From assembly GCF_963921235.1 (NCBI RefSeq), contig NC_086097.1, forward strand, positions 180,980,001 to 181,044,000: DNA of 64,000 bases, given 5' to 3'. Below the pieces are notes generated by a model, which saw nothing but the letters and a program-made list of their open reading frames with translations, did not search any database and was not told the DNA's origin. The number at the start of each line of letters is the position of its first letter. Position 1 is the first letter of the stretch. Made by a program: the position numbers and the translations under genes. Positions 52,279-64,000 of this stretch are shown in pieces. Source of the stretch: Mobula hypostoma. Taxonomy: Eukaryota.

Positions 52279-54305
52279 GCTAAAAACAATCAGGTTGGTA
52301 GTGGATCCCAAGAGAAGGAATTTGTCGAATGCCTGCAGGATTTCTTTTTATAGCAGTTTATGTTTGAGCCCACCAGGAAAAAGGCCAATTCTGAGTTGAG
52401 TGTTGTGTAATAAACATGATTTTTATTAGGGACTTTAAGCGGAGGAACCCTTAGAAGACAGTGATCATATTATAATAGAATTCACCCTGCAGTTTGAGAG
52501 GGAGGAGTTAAAATCAGATGTATCCGTAATGCAATGGAGTAAAATTAATTACAGAGGCATGAGAGGAGAGCTGGCCAAAGTTGATTGGAAAGGGACACGA
52601 GCAGGGATGACACAGAAAAGCAAAGGCTGGAGGTTCTGGAAGCAATTCAAAAGTTGCATTATAAATTTATCTTAAAGAAGTATTCTACAGGGAGGATGAG
52701 GCAACTGTGGCTGACAAGGGAAGTCAAAGCATAAAAGCAAAACATAACACAATTTACTGGGAAGTTAAAGGATTGTAAAACTTTTAAATACAACAGAAGG
52801 CAACTAAAAAGCAGAAAAGATTTTTCAGATAGGCAACAGTGGATATCAGACCACTGGAAAATGACATTGAGAAGTAGTAATGGGGACAAAGAAATGGCAG
52901 ACAAACTCAATAAACTTTTGCTTCAGTCTTCACTGAGGAAGACATCAGCAGTATACCAGAAACTGGAGAGTTTTAGATGACAAAAGTGAGTGAAGTCACT
53001 ATTACAGCAGAGATGGTGCTTGAGAAGCTGAACAGTCTGAAGGTAGATAAGTCATCTTGGCTTGATGGACTACAGCTAGGGTTTTGAAACAGTTAGGTGA
53101 TTAGACTGTGGAGGCATTGGTAGTAATTTCTCAAGATTCTGGAATAGTTCCGGAGAATTGGAAAATTGCAAATGTCACTCCACTCTTTAAGAAGGGAGGG
53201 AGGTAAACGATAGGAAATTATAGGGCACTTAGCTGGACTTCAGTGGTTGGGAAGATGTTGGAATACATTATTAGGGATGATGTTTTGCTGTGCATGATAA
53301 AGTAGGCCAAAGTCAGCATTGTTTCCTTAAGGGGAAATTTTGCATGACAAATCAGTTCCAATTATTTTAAGAAATAACAGGCAGGACAGACAACAGAGTT
53401 AGTAGATGTTGTTTATTTGGATTTTCAAGGTGCCGCAAAGGAGGCTGCGAAACGAGGTAAGTGCCCATGATATTACAGGAAAGATACTAGTATGAATAGA
53501 AGATTAGCACACTGGCAGGAGGCAAAGAGTGTGAATAAAGGGGGCCTTTACTGGTTTGGTAGAATGATGGGGGGGGGATCTCATTAAAACTATGAAATAT
53601 ATTGAATGACCTAAGGAAAGTGGACTTCGGGAGGATATTTCCTATACTGGGAAGTCTAGGACAAGGCACAGACTCAAAATACAAGAACATCCATTTAGAA
53701 GAGATGAGGAAGAATTTCTTCCACTGGAGTGTGCTGAATCTGTGGAATTCAATGCTACGGACGACTGTGAGGCCAAGTCATTGGGTATATTTAAAGTGGA
53801 GGTTGATACGTTCTTGATTACTAAGGGTATCAAAGGTTACCTGGAGAAGGCAGGAGAAATGAAGCTGAGGGGGATAATAAATCAGCTATGATAGAACGGT
53901 GGAGCAAACCCAATGGGCCAAATGGCCTAATTCTGCTCCTATGTCTTATGGTATTGTGGATAAACATTTTCCCCTTGAAATTCCCATGTACCATTTTCCC
54001 AATATTACATATCTATCACCCTGGTCCTTGAACTAACTACTAATGGCAACAGCATCCCTTTATTTCCTGTAGTTAAGCCAGTAAAGATTGTACAGTACAT
54101 GCTGCAATCAAATCTCTGCACATCCTCCTTTACTCCAGGAAGAACTCCAGATTTTCCAGTTGAACCTTGCAGCTGAAACCCCTCGGTACTGGGAACATTC
54201 CAGTAAATCTCCTTACTCAGGATCTTCATGCTGACCAGAACTGATGCTCTAATCATTTATGGTCTCACCATTATTTTCTACTGGATCAATACAGCTTCTC
54301 TAGTA

Positions 54306-55926
54306 CAGGTTTCCCCTGCCATCCTAAGGTACAGCGTTCCTATGAAGCTGTTCGTAAGCTGGAATGTCGTAAAGCGAAGAAGCAATTACCATTTATTTAT
54401 ATGGGAAAAATTTGTGAGCGTTCGCAGACCCAAAAATAACCTATCAAATCATGCTAAATAACACATAAAACCTAAAATAACAGTAACATATAGTAAAAGC
54501 AGAAACGATATGATAAATACACAACCTATATAAAGTAGAAATACTTCTCTACAATCATTGCCTGCACTGTTCTCCGTAGCAAAAATCTCACGCAAGCACT
54601 CTTGGCAGAAACACTCTCTCCAGTAACCTTTAAGCTCTGAAGCTGCCAAATCATATCAAATAACACATAAAAATACACAGCCTATATAAAGTAGAAATAA
54701 TGTATGTACAGTGTAGTATCACTTACTGGAATCGGGAAGACAGCACCAAGCACACTGATGATGGTGTGTTAGGCTGAGTCGTTGGAGGTTGGGGTGGTGC
54801 AGTGGTCCCCAACCTCCCGGCCGCCGACCGATCCCGATCCGCAAAGCATGCAGGGGTACAGCAGTAGCCGGGACGCACCCAGCACATCTTTAAGAAAAAA
54901 GCCAAAATAAACAAGCTAATTAATTAGGTGCTGCCCGGCACGTAAATGGCGGCCCAGATCAGAGGCGACACAATCGGCAATTGCCTCTGATCTGGGCCGA
55001 CATTTATGTGTCGGGTGGCACCTAATTAATTACTTGTTTATTTCGGCTTTTTTTCTTAAAGATGTGCTGGGTGTGCTCCGGCTACCGCTGCATTCTCCGC
55101 GAATCGGTATCTGTCCGCGTCCCGGGGGTTGGGGTGGTGGGACACTGAGGTGTCATCTTATCGTCGTCTGCTTCCATTAGAGCAGGCAGGTCATCTTCTT
55201 CTACATCTGCCTGCCGCGATGTCAAAGGTCAAAGTTTGTCTGCTGTGGCCAATGTGGAAGGCTTGAAAAACAACAGTATGATTGACTGCGAGCCTCGTGC
55301 ATTGTACTATCATACAGTTCTTTGTAAGCACTCAAACCATCTTGCAAATATGCCCTAAACCGACGTACCCTTCCAAAATTAAAGTCGTACTTTATCATTG
55401 CAGAGAAAATCTCACGCAGTTGCTTCACGTTCAGTTCCTGGACGACTTCACTTTCGCTCTGTTCGCTACTGCATTCGGTTTTGATTGTTATCCTTTCCTC
55501 TTCCAACTGCATCAGCTCTTCACCTATCAGCTCTTGGTCACAGGATGCCAAAACCTCTTCAACATCACAACGTCCAAAGCCAAACTCACTTTGTCTTTAC
55601 TTCGTTCACCACGATCGAAACGCTTAATTATGTCTAGTTTTACGCTAAGTGTAACACCCTTACGAGCTCTTTTAGGCTTTTCTGATACCTTAGAACTCAT
55701 CTTGCTAATGGCTGCTCACAGGCACGTGTTTAAGCAATGCCGGCTAGAATGCAGTTCCGAATCCGGGGGAGAAGTGTCTGCTTGGGGTGCACGCTGCTTT
55801 TTCTCATGCGCTGCCTTTTTTCGTAACAGTGAAAACACCTTCTGTTAGCGAAAACAGGTAACTAATGTAGGTCTTTCGTAACAGTGAGGCTTCGTAAAGC
55901 GACGTTTGAAAAGCGGGGGACACCTG
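54306..55926 (-). mobile_element. Tigger/pogo DNA transposon, internally deleted
   Basis: TA|CAGGTTTCCCC ... GGGGACACCTG|TA. Minus strand shows MSSKVSEKPKRARKGVTLSVKLDIIKRFDRGE (HTH start) joined to an acidic C-terminus; DDE core absent. Confidence 0.88.
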
Positions 55927-56450
55927 TATTGTACTCTAACCTCTACTTACGAATGTCTTCGCAACAAGGCCTGCCTTTAAGGAAACACAACAGTTAGAGT
56001 TGGAACAAAATCAAGTTGTTAGAGTGCTTTGTTGCCCCCGCCTATCACTTCCCAGACTCTATCGCTACCTCCATCTTTCCCTTCTCACATAACTCCATCT
56101 GCCAATGAACCCCACTTCACCTAGATCTATCACCTGCCAGCTCTTGATCCACCAATCACCCTACCCCTTACCTCTTTTTACTGTCCACCTCCCATTTATC
56201 TGTCAGTCCAGCTGGAGGGCCTCTACCAAAACCGTCGAACGTCCATTTCTTGCCACAGATGCTGCCTCATCCACTGAGTTTCTACAGCACTTGTTTTTTT
56301 TTGCAGCTACTTTCAAAGATTCATGCATACACAAACCCAACTATTCCTACTATTTTTCACTCTCTGCCAAAGGGTATCACATTCCCCCATATTAGATTTA
56401 GATTATCATCTGCCACATTCAGCCAATTTATCTGCAATTCATCTGCCAAG

Positions 56451-57955
56451 GAAGGCAATGGGCCCAGATGGCGTCCCGGGATGGGTTCTCCAGGCCTGTG
56501 CAAGCGAGCGAGCTGGAGTGTTTGCTGACATCTTCAACTCCTCCTTGCATCAGTCTAAGATCCCCTCGTGTTTTAAGAAGGCAACAATAATCCCAGTGCC
56601 GAAGAAGAGCAAGGTGGCATGCCTGAATGACTATCGACCGGTGGCTCTGACATCAATTGCTATGAAGTGTTTCGAGCAATTGGTTATGGCACACATCAAC
56701 CACAGCCTACCGGTCAACCTTGACGCTTTGCAATTCGCTTACCGGAGCAACAGGTCAACGGCAGATGCCATCTCTCTGGCCCTTTTCACTGACTACAGCT
56801 CTGCCTTTAATACCATCATTCCAAATAAACTGATTCCTAAGCTCCGGAACCTGGGCCTTAGCACTCAGATCTACAGCTGGATCTTCAACTTCCTCACAGA
56901 CAGGACCCAGGCTGTAAAAATAGGGGACAAGCTCTCCTCTACAATCACTCTGAGCACCGGTGCCCCACAAGGCTGTGTACTCAGCCCCCTGCTGTACTCA
57001 CTGTACACCCATGATTGTGTAGCCAAGTTTCCATCAAGCTCAATTCATAAGTTTGCTGATGACACAACTGTAGGCCGTATCTTGGGTAATGATGAGTTTG
57101 AGTACAGAGAGGAAATTAAGAACCTGGTGGCATGGTGCAAAGACAATAACCTATCCCTCAACGTCAGCAAGACAAAGGAATTGGTTGTTGACTTCAGAAG
57201 GAGTAGCGGACCACACAACGCCATTTACATCGGTGGTGCGCAAGTGGAACAGGTCAAAAGCTTCAAGTTCCTCGGAGTCAATATCACAAACGACCTGACT
57301 TGGTCCAACCAAGCACAGTCCACTGCCAAGAAGGCCCACCAGCGCCTTTACTTCCTGAGAAAACTAAAGAAATTTGGCCTGTCCCCTAAAACCCTCACTA
57401 ATTTTTATAGATGCACCGTATAAAGCATTCTTCTAGGGTGCATCACAAAATGGTATGGAAGTTGTCCTGTCCAAGACTGGAAGAAGCTGCAGAAGATCGT
57501 GAGTGAACACAGCGCAGCACATCACACAAAACAATCTTCCATCCTTGGACTCAGTTTACACCACACGCTGTCGGAGCAGTGCTGCGAGGATAATCAAGGA
57601 CACGACCCACCCAGCCAACACATTTTTTGTCCCTCTTCCCTCCGGGAGAAGGCTCAGGAGCTTGAAGACTCATATGGCCAGATTTGGGAACAGCTTCTTT
57701 CCATCTGTGATAAGACTGCTGAACGGATCCTGACCCGGATCTGGGCCGTACCCTCCAAATATCTGGACCTGCCTCTCAGTTTTTTTGCACGACCTTACTT
57801 TCCATTTTTCTATTTTCTATTTATGATTTATAATTTAAATTTTTAATATTTACTATCGATTTGTAATCCAGGGAGCGGAAAGCGCAGAATCGAATATTGC
57901 TGTGATGATCGTACATTCTAGTATCAATTGTTTGGCGACAATAAAGTATAAAGTA
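56451..57955 (+). mobile_element. Rex1/Babar LINE, 5'-truncated, fairly young
   Basis: 366-aa ORF with [26 protein letters not shown] and FADDTT; (TAAAGTA)n tail. Confidence 0.93.
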
Positions 57956-58372
57956 AATTACTTCTGGCCTAAAACTATCCAAGAATGGTGGGTGCATGGA
58001 ACACACTGTCAGGTGTCAGGTACACAAGGGACATTTAAGAGACTTTTAGATAGGCACATGGATGAAAGAGAAATGGAGGGCAATATAAGAGGGAAGGATT
58101 AGATTGATCTTGGAATGGATTAAAAGGGTGGCACAACATCATTGGCTGTAGGACCCATACTGTGCTGTACTATTCTATGTTCTCATCCTAAGCCCCACCT
58201 TTCCACTTCATGAGCTCTGTTTATCCATGTGTCTAATCCATCTTAAAATGTTTGCATGGTCTGTTTAACATTGGACACATCCCTTCATGACAGAGCTCAG
58301 CATAAGATCACTCTTCAATTCTGCCTGGTCAGGGAGAAGGCGGCAGACAATTGCAGAGAAACTTGCACTCAC

Positions 58373-58433
58373 CTTGTAATCGGGAAGCTTGGTCATAGTC
58401 GGCCACTGTTCCTCTGTTGGGGTTCCCAGCAAG
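58373..58433 (-). CDS. CDK5: CDK5 exon, (R)LLGTPTEEQWPTMTKLPDYK
   Basis: 61 bp; preceded by an AC acceptor and followed by gtgagt. Confidence 0.97.
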
Positions 58434-59397
58434 GTGAAAGTGTCAAGGAAAGTTCAGGGAGCTGAGAGTAATGTGGACAAGGTGTGGAAGATAATGGGAA
58501 GTAGGGGTGAGTTTTAGCAGACAGAGCAAACAAGAAGGGTGGGCAGAGTGAGAGAGCGAGTGGAATAGTAATAAGGTTTTGATGGTCATACATGAATGCC
58601 ACATGTACCAAGTCAACTGTACTTACCTCGTTTTCCCACCAAAAAAAATTATCCTGTTATTTGAACACACTACACATTTAACAATCAACCAAGCAACTTT
58701 TGCCCCAGTGACGCAGACTTCTGCCTCTGATTATCATACCTATATTTTCCCAGTGACAAGGTTATGCTAACTGACCTGCAGTTTCTGGTTTATCCCTACA
58801 CCCTTCTGGAACATGGGTGTAACATTACACCTCCTGTCTTTTGACACAGTCAGAAAGACTATGGTCAATATCTCTGCAATTCCACCCTATTCTCCTTTGG
58901 CAACTTAGGATATTTTTCCCCAGACCAGTGATTTATTAACTTTAAGTGTAGCTAGCTTTTTGAGCCAATACCATCAGTTCTGCTCTCTGATCACCCCTTA
59001 AGTGCGACAAGCCCCATGACCACTCTCCTCTTATCGGCCTCCTTTAAAATCCTTCTCAAAACCTGTACTAGCCGTCCTCAAGCTTCAGAATGATTCCTCT
59101 TACTCAGGGTGTTTTGTACAATAAAGAGATTTACTTAGAGATACAGCACAGTAACAGGCCAGCGATGTCCAAGTATAACCATGGAATCTTTTTTCCAAAG
59201 ACAAAACCATATGTCTTTGGAATGTGGGAGGAAACCAGATCATCCAGAAGAAACTCATGAGGTCACATGGAGAATGGGCAAACTCCTTACAGACAATGGC
59301 AGAACTGAACTCAGATTGCTGGTGCATGACCCCAATGCAGAGTACGTTGCTGAAATCTTCCACATGTAGCTAAAGGCATGGAATTTTAAAAGGATAT
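58434..59397 (-). other. CDK5: U12-type (minor spliceosome) AT-AC intron of CDK5
   Basis: 5' site ATATCCTTT, branch site TTCCTTGAC (58450-58442), terminal CAC; the junction CG|C restores Arg. Confidence 0.97.
59200..59335 (-). mobile_element. Degenerate V-SINE inside the U12 intron
   Basis: GAATGTGGGAGGAAACC...GCAAACTCCTTACAGAC is similar to 18633-18805. Confidence 0.65.
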
Positions 59398-59467
59398 CGG
59401 AAAATTCTCTTCAGCTGATCATCCACATCATTCCCAGGGAATAGAGGCCTTCCAGCATTTGCCAACT
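59398..59467 (-). CDS. CDK5: CDK5 exon, (E)[22 protein letters not shown](R)
   Basis: tttcag|70 bp|atatcc. Upstream exons were not found in the window. Confidence 0.98.
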
Positions 59468-59486
59468 CTGAAACAGAAATGATTTA

Positions 59487-62395
59487 GAAACATAGAAAAC
59501 ACAATACAGACCCTTCTGCCCACAAAGCTCTGCTGAACATTTCCTTACCCTAGAAATTACCCAGGGTTACCCACAGCCCTCTATTTGTCTATGCTCCATG
59601 TAGCTGTCCAGGAGTTTCTTAAAAGACCCCATTGTATCTGCCTCCACCACCGTCGCTGCAGCCCATTCCATGCACTCACCACTCTCTGCGTAAAAAACTT
59701 GCGCCTGACATCTTTGTACCTACATCCAAGCACCTTAAAACTGTGCCTTCTCATGCTAGCCATCTCAGCCCTGGGAAAAAGCCTCTGACTAGCCACACGA
59801 TCAATGCCTCTCATCAATTTATACACCTCTATCAGGTCACCTCTCATCCTACGTCGCTTCAAGGAAACAAGGCCAAGTTCACTCAACCTATTCTCGTAAG
59901 GCATGCTCCCCAATCCGGGCAACATCCTTGTAAATCTCCACTGCACCCATTCTATGTTTTCCACATCCTTCCTATAGTGAGGCAACCTGAACTGAGCACA
60001 GTACTCCAAGTGGGGTCTGACCAGGGTCCTATATAGCTGCAGCATTACCTCTCAGCTCCTAAACTCAATTCCAAAGTTGACGAAGGCCAATGCACCGTAT
60101 GCTTTCTTAACCACAGAGACTAACTGCACAGCAGCTTTGAGTGTCCTAAGGACTCAGATCCCAAGATCCCTCTGATCCTCCACACAGCCAAGAGTCTTAC
60201 CATTAATACTATATTCTGTCATCATATTTGAACTACCAAAATGAACCACCTCACACTTATCTAGGTTGAACTCCATCTGCCACTTCTCAGCCCAGTTTTG
60301 CAACCTATCAATGTCCCGCTGTAACCTCTGACAGCCCTGCACATTATCCACAACACCTCCAACCTTTGTGTCACCAGCAAATTTACCAACCCATCTCTCC
60401 ACTTCTTCATCCAGGTCATTTATAAAAATCACGAAGAGTAGGGGTCCCAGAACAGATCCCTGAGGCACGCCACTGGTCACCTATCTCCATGCAGAATATG
60501 ATCCGTCTACAACCACTCTTTACCTTCTGTGGGCAAGCCAGTTCTAGATCCACAAAGCAATGTCCCCTTGGATCCTATGCCTCCTTACTTTCTCATTAAG
60601 CCTTGCATGGAGTACCTTGTCAAATGCCTTGATGAAATCCATATACACTACATCTGCTACTCTGCCTTCATCAATGTGTTTAGTCACATCCTCAAAAAAT
60701 TCAATCAGGCGTGTAAGGCACGACCTACCCTTGACAAAGCATGCTTACTAGTCCTAATCATATTATGCCTCTCCAAATGTTCATAAATCCTGCCTCTCAG
60801 GATCTTTTCCATCAACTTACCAACCACTGAATTAAGACTCACTGGTCTATAATTTCCTGGGCTATCTCTACTTCCTTTCTTGAATAATGGAACAACATCC
60901 ACAACCCTCCAATCCTCTAGAACCTCTCCTGTCCCCAGTGATGATGTAAAGATCATTGCCAGAGGTTCAACTATCTCCTCTCTCACCTCCCACAGTAGCC
61001 TGGGGTACACCTTGTGCGGTTCCAGGAACTTATCCAACTTGATGCTTTCCAAAAGCTCCAGCACATCCTCTTTCTTAATATCTATATGCTCAACCTTTTC
61101 AGTCCACTGTAAGTCATTCCTACAATTGCCAAGATCCTTTTCCATAGTGAAAACTGATGCAAAGTACTCATTCAGTACCTCTGCTATCTCCTCTGGTTCC
61201 ATACACACTTTTCCACTGTCTCACTTGATCGGTTCTATTCTCTGACGTCTTATCCTCTTGCTCTTCACATACTTGTAGAATGCCTTGGGGTTTTCCTTAA
61301 TTTTAACCGCCAAGGCCTTCTCATGGCCCCTTCTGGCTCTCCTAATTTCTTTCTTAAGCTCCTTCCTGCTGCTAGCCTTATAACCTTCCAGATCTCTGTC
61401 ATTACCTAGTTTTTTGAACCTATCGTAAGCTCTTCTTTTCTTCTTGACTAGATTTACAACACCACTGTTCCTGTACTCTACCATCCTTTCCCTGTCTCAT
61501 TGGAACGTTCCTATGCAGAACTCCACGCAAATATCGTCTGAACATTTGCCACATTTCTTCCGTACTTTTCCCTGAGAATATCGGTTCCCAGTTTATGCTT
61601 ACAAGTTCCTGCCTGATAGCCTCATATTTCCCCTTACTCCAATTAAATGCTTTCCTAACTTGTCTGTTCCTTTCCCTCTCCAATGCTATGGCAAAGGAGA
61701 TAGAATTGTGATATCTATCTCCAAGATGCTCTCCCATTGAGAGATCTGACATCTGACTAGATTCATTTCCCAATACCAGATCAAGTGCAGCCTCTCCTCT
61801 TGTAGGCTTATCTACATATTGTGTCAAGAAACCTTCTGGAACACACCTAACTAACTCCTCCCCATCGAAACGCCGTGCTCTAGGGTCATGCCAATTGATA
61901 TTTGGAAAACTAAAATCTCCCACCACAACAACCCTGTTATTATCACACTTTTCAGAATCTGTCTCCCTATCTGCTCCTCAATGTCCCTGTTACTATTGGG
62001 TGGTCTATAAAAAACACCCAGTAGAGTTATTGACCCCTTCCTGTTTCTAACTTCTACCCACAGAGACTCTGCAGACAATCCCTCCATGTGTTCCTCCTTT
62101 TCTGCTGCCATGACACTATCTCTGATCAACAGTGCCACGTCCCCACCTCTTTTGCCTCCCTCCCTGTCCTTTCTGAAACATCTAAAGTCTGGCACTCGAA
62201 ATAACCATTCCTGCCCCTAAGCCATCCAAGTCTCTGTAATGGCCACAACATCATAGTTCCAAGTACTGATCCACGCTCTAAGTTCACCCACTTTGTTCAT
62301 AATACTCATTGCATTAAAATAGACACATCTCAAACCATTGGTCTGAGTGCGTCCCTTCTCTATCACCTGCCTATCCTCCCTCTCGCATTGTCGCC
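59487..62395 (-). mobile_element. CR1 LINE with essentially the whole ORF2, degenerate
   Basis: Endonuclease (FYRPPNS, VGDF), RT ([13 protein letters not shown]), C-terminus and tail. Confidence 0.93.
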
Positions 62396-62684
62396 AGAAA
62401 AGCTGTGGAGATTTTGTTAACAGAAATGCTGTGGAGATTTCATGTCAAATCCAATCACTTCACAAACTACAGAAAATGTAGTAAAGGGCACTTTATTCTC
62501 ACATAGGATAAACTTGTTTGGTTCAGCATTTTGCTTGCAATATCAATCAGTCCAATAAAAATCACAACTGCAGATTCTGAAAATCTGAAATAAAACAGCA
62601 TCCCTGCAGTAGGATTTCCTTGTGAAGGAAACAAAGTCCAAGTTTCAGGTCAACTGTCTTTCCATCAAATTAAAATTTTATATT

Positions 62685-63310
62685 CTTTATGTACAAGAGT
62701 TGGGACAAAATGTTGCAGCTGTAAGTCATTGGTGAGATCATGTATGGAGTAATGTCGACTGTACTTTTTTCCATAGATGCTGCCTGGCCTGCAGAGTTCC
62801 TCCAGCAATTTGTGTGTGTTGTATGGAGTACTGTGTACAGTTTTGTGTACCTTGTTAAACTGTAAAGAGTGAAGAAAAGATTTTTTGAGAATGTTACCAA
62901 GACTAGGTATGAGTTATAGGGAGAGGTGACCAAGCTAGGTCTTAATTCCCATGGACGTAGGAGAATGAGGGGGCAACCTTATAGAGGTTTATAAAATTAT
63001 GAGGGGCAGGGATAAAATGGATGACAACACTTTTCTCTGTGGTTGGGGAATCCAAAATTAAGGGCATCTGTTCAGGGCAAGAGTGGTAACATTTTTCACA
63101 CAAAAATGACAAGTGTATGGAACAAAGTATAGAGGAGGTAGTTGGGGCAGGTACAATAGTATAATTTATGAAGCACTTTGATAGGTACATGGAGGGTCAG
63201 GGCTTAGATGGATATGGGCCGAACACAGCAAATTGGAACTAACTGGGTGGGCACCATGAACTTCATTAACTGGATGGATTGAATTTGTACTGCATTGTTC
63301 TATGATTGTG
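62685..63310 (+). mobile_element. Old CR1 3' fragment carrying a 68-bp Penelope-repeat insertion (62752-62819)
   Basis: CR1 C-terminal remnants; insert flanked by TGTATGGAGTA at 62741-62751 and 62820-62830. Confidence 0.75.
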
Positions 63311-64000
63311 TCTGCTTCATCTTTTTCTCTTCTCTTCACTCCCGCCTCAACCATTCCACCAGCTTCCTTGTCCCTCGAATGGGATACTGTGGAACACAGT
63401 CCACAGGCAGTCATTTAGTTTTACCCTGCATACATTGGTTTGAGGACGTTAAGATTCAATTTTTATTAAAGCATTACACACACAACATTCAGCCGACTGC
63501 TCTTCCCCAATACTTTGAGACAGCTCTCCAATTAAATACTTTTGAAGTTCCAAATTACAATTCACTTATTGTCACTGGCCAAAGGTTGAATAGAGTCAAA
63601 GAGTAAAACAATCTGGAAGCAGGCCCTTCGGTCCAACTTGTTCAGGATAACCAAGGTAACCAAGTTGGTCCTTCTCACCTCCATTTGGCCCATATCCTTA
63701 TGAACCTTTCCTATCCATGTACATAGCTCAACACATCACAGGAACCAGTCCATAGACTGTCTGCACATCTTATTGCCTTGGTAAGACTTAAACAAGACAT
63801 AAAACATAGGAGCAGAGTTAGGACATTCTGCCCATCAAGTCTGCTCCGCCATTCCATCATGGCTGATATATTATTAACCCTCTCAATCCCACTCTCCTGC
63901 ATTCTCCCCTTCAACTTTGACACACTGACTCATCAAGAACCTACCAACCTCTGCTTTAAATATACTGAATGACTTGGCCTCCACAATTGTCCATGGCAAT

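Larger units (their letters stand above)
49350..53955 (+). mobile_element. Old CR1 (ORF1 esterase through 3' end) interrupted by an antisense CR1
   Basis: VLIGDSMVR and VHVSTND ORF1 motifs; endonuclease to about 50550; resumes at about 52280; tail at about 53950. Confidence 0.75.

Overview
Vertebrate genomic DNA dominated by transposons. The repeat set (CR1, Rex1/Babar, V-SINE, Penelope, Tx1) suggests a cartilaginous fish, probably a ray; this is an inference. Two host genes lie tail-to-tail. The + strand has the last eight coding exons (11169-29955) of a FAIM2/Lifeguard-like TMBIM gene. The - strand has the last four exons of CDK5 (59467-36748), including a U12-type AT-AC intron. The rest is mostly nested mobile elements: a Tc1 transposon split by a two-LTR Gypsy; a Tx1-clade LINE flanked on both sides by one minisatellite family and holding a CR1/Harbinger/CR1 stack; a deleted Tigger with a long hairpin; and short Penelope-derived units with minimal hammerhead motifs and target-site duplications (TSDs). 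No clearly new biological system was found. The best leads are the possibly minisatellite-targeting Tx1, the short hammerhead-bearing insertions and the CDK5-linked TMBIM paralogue. Boundaries of old LINE fragments are approximate.
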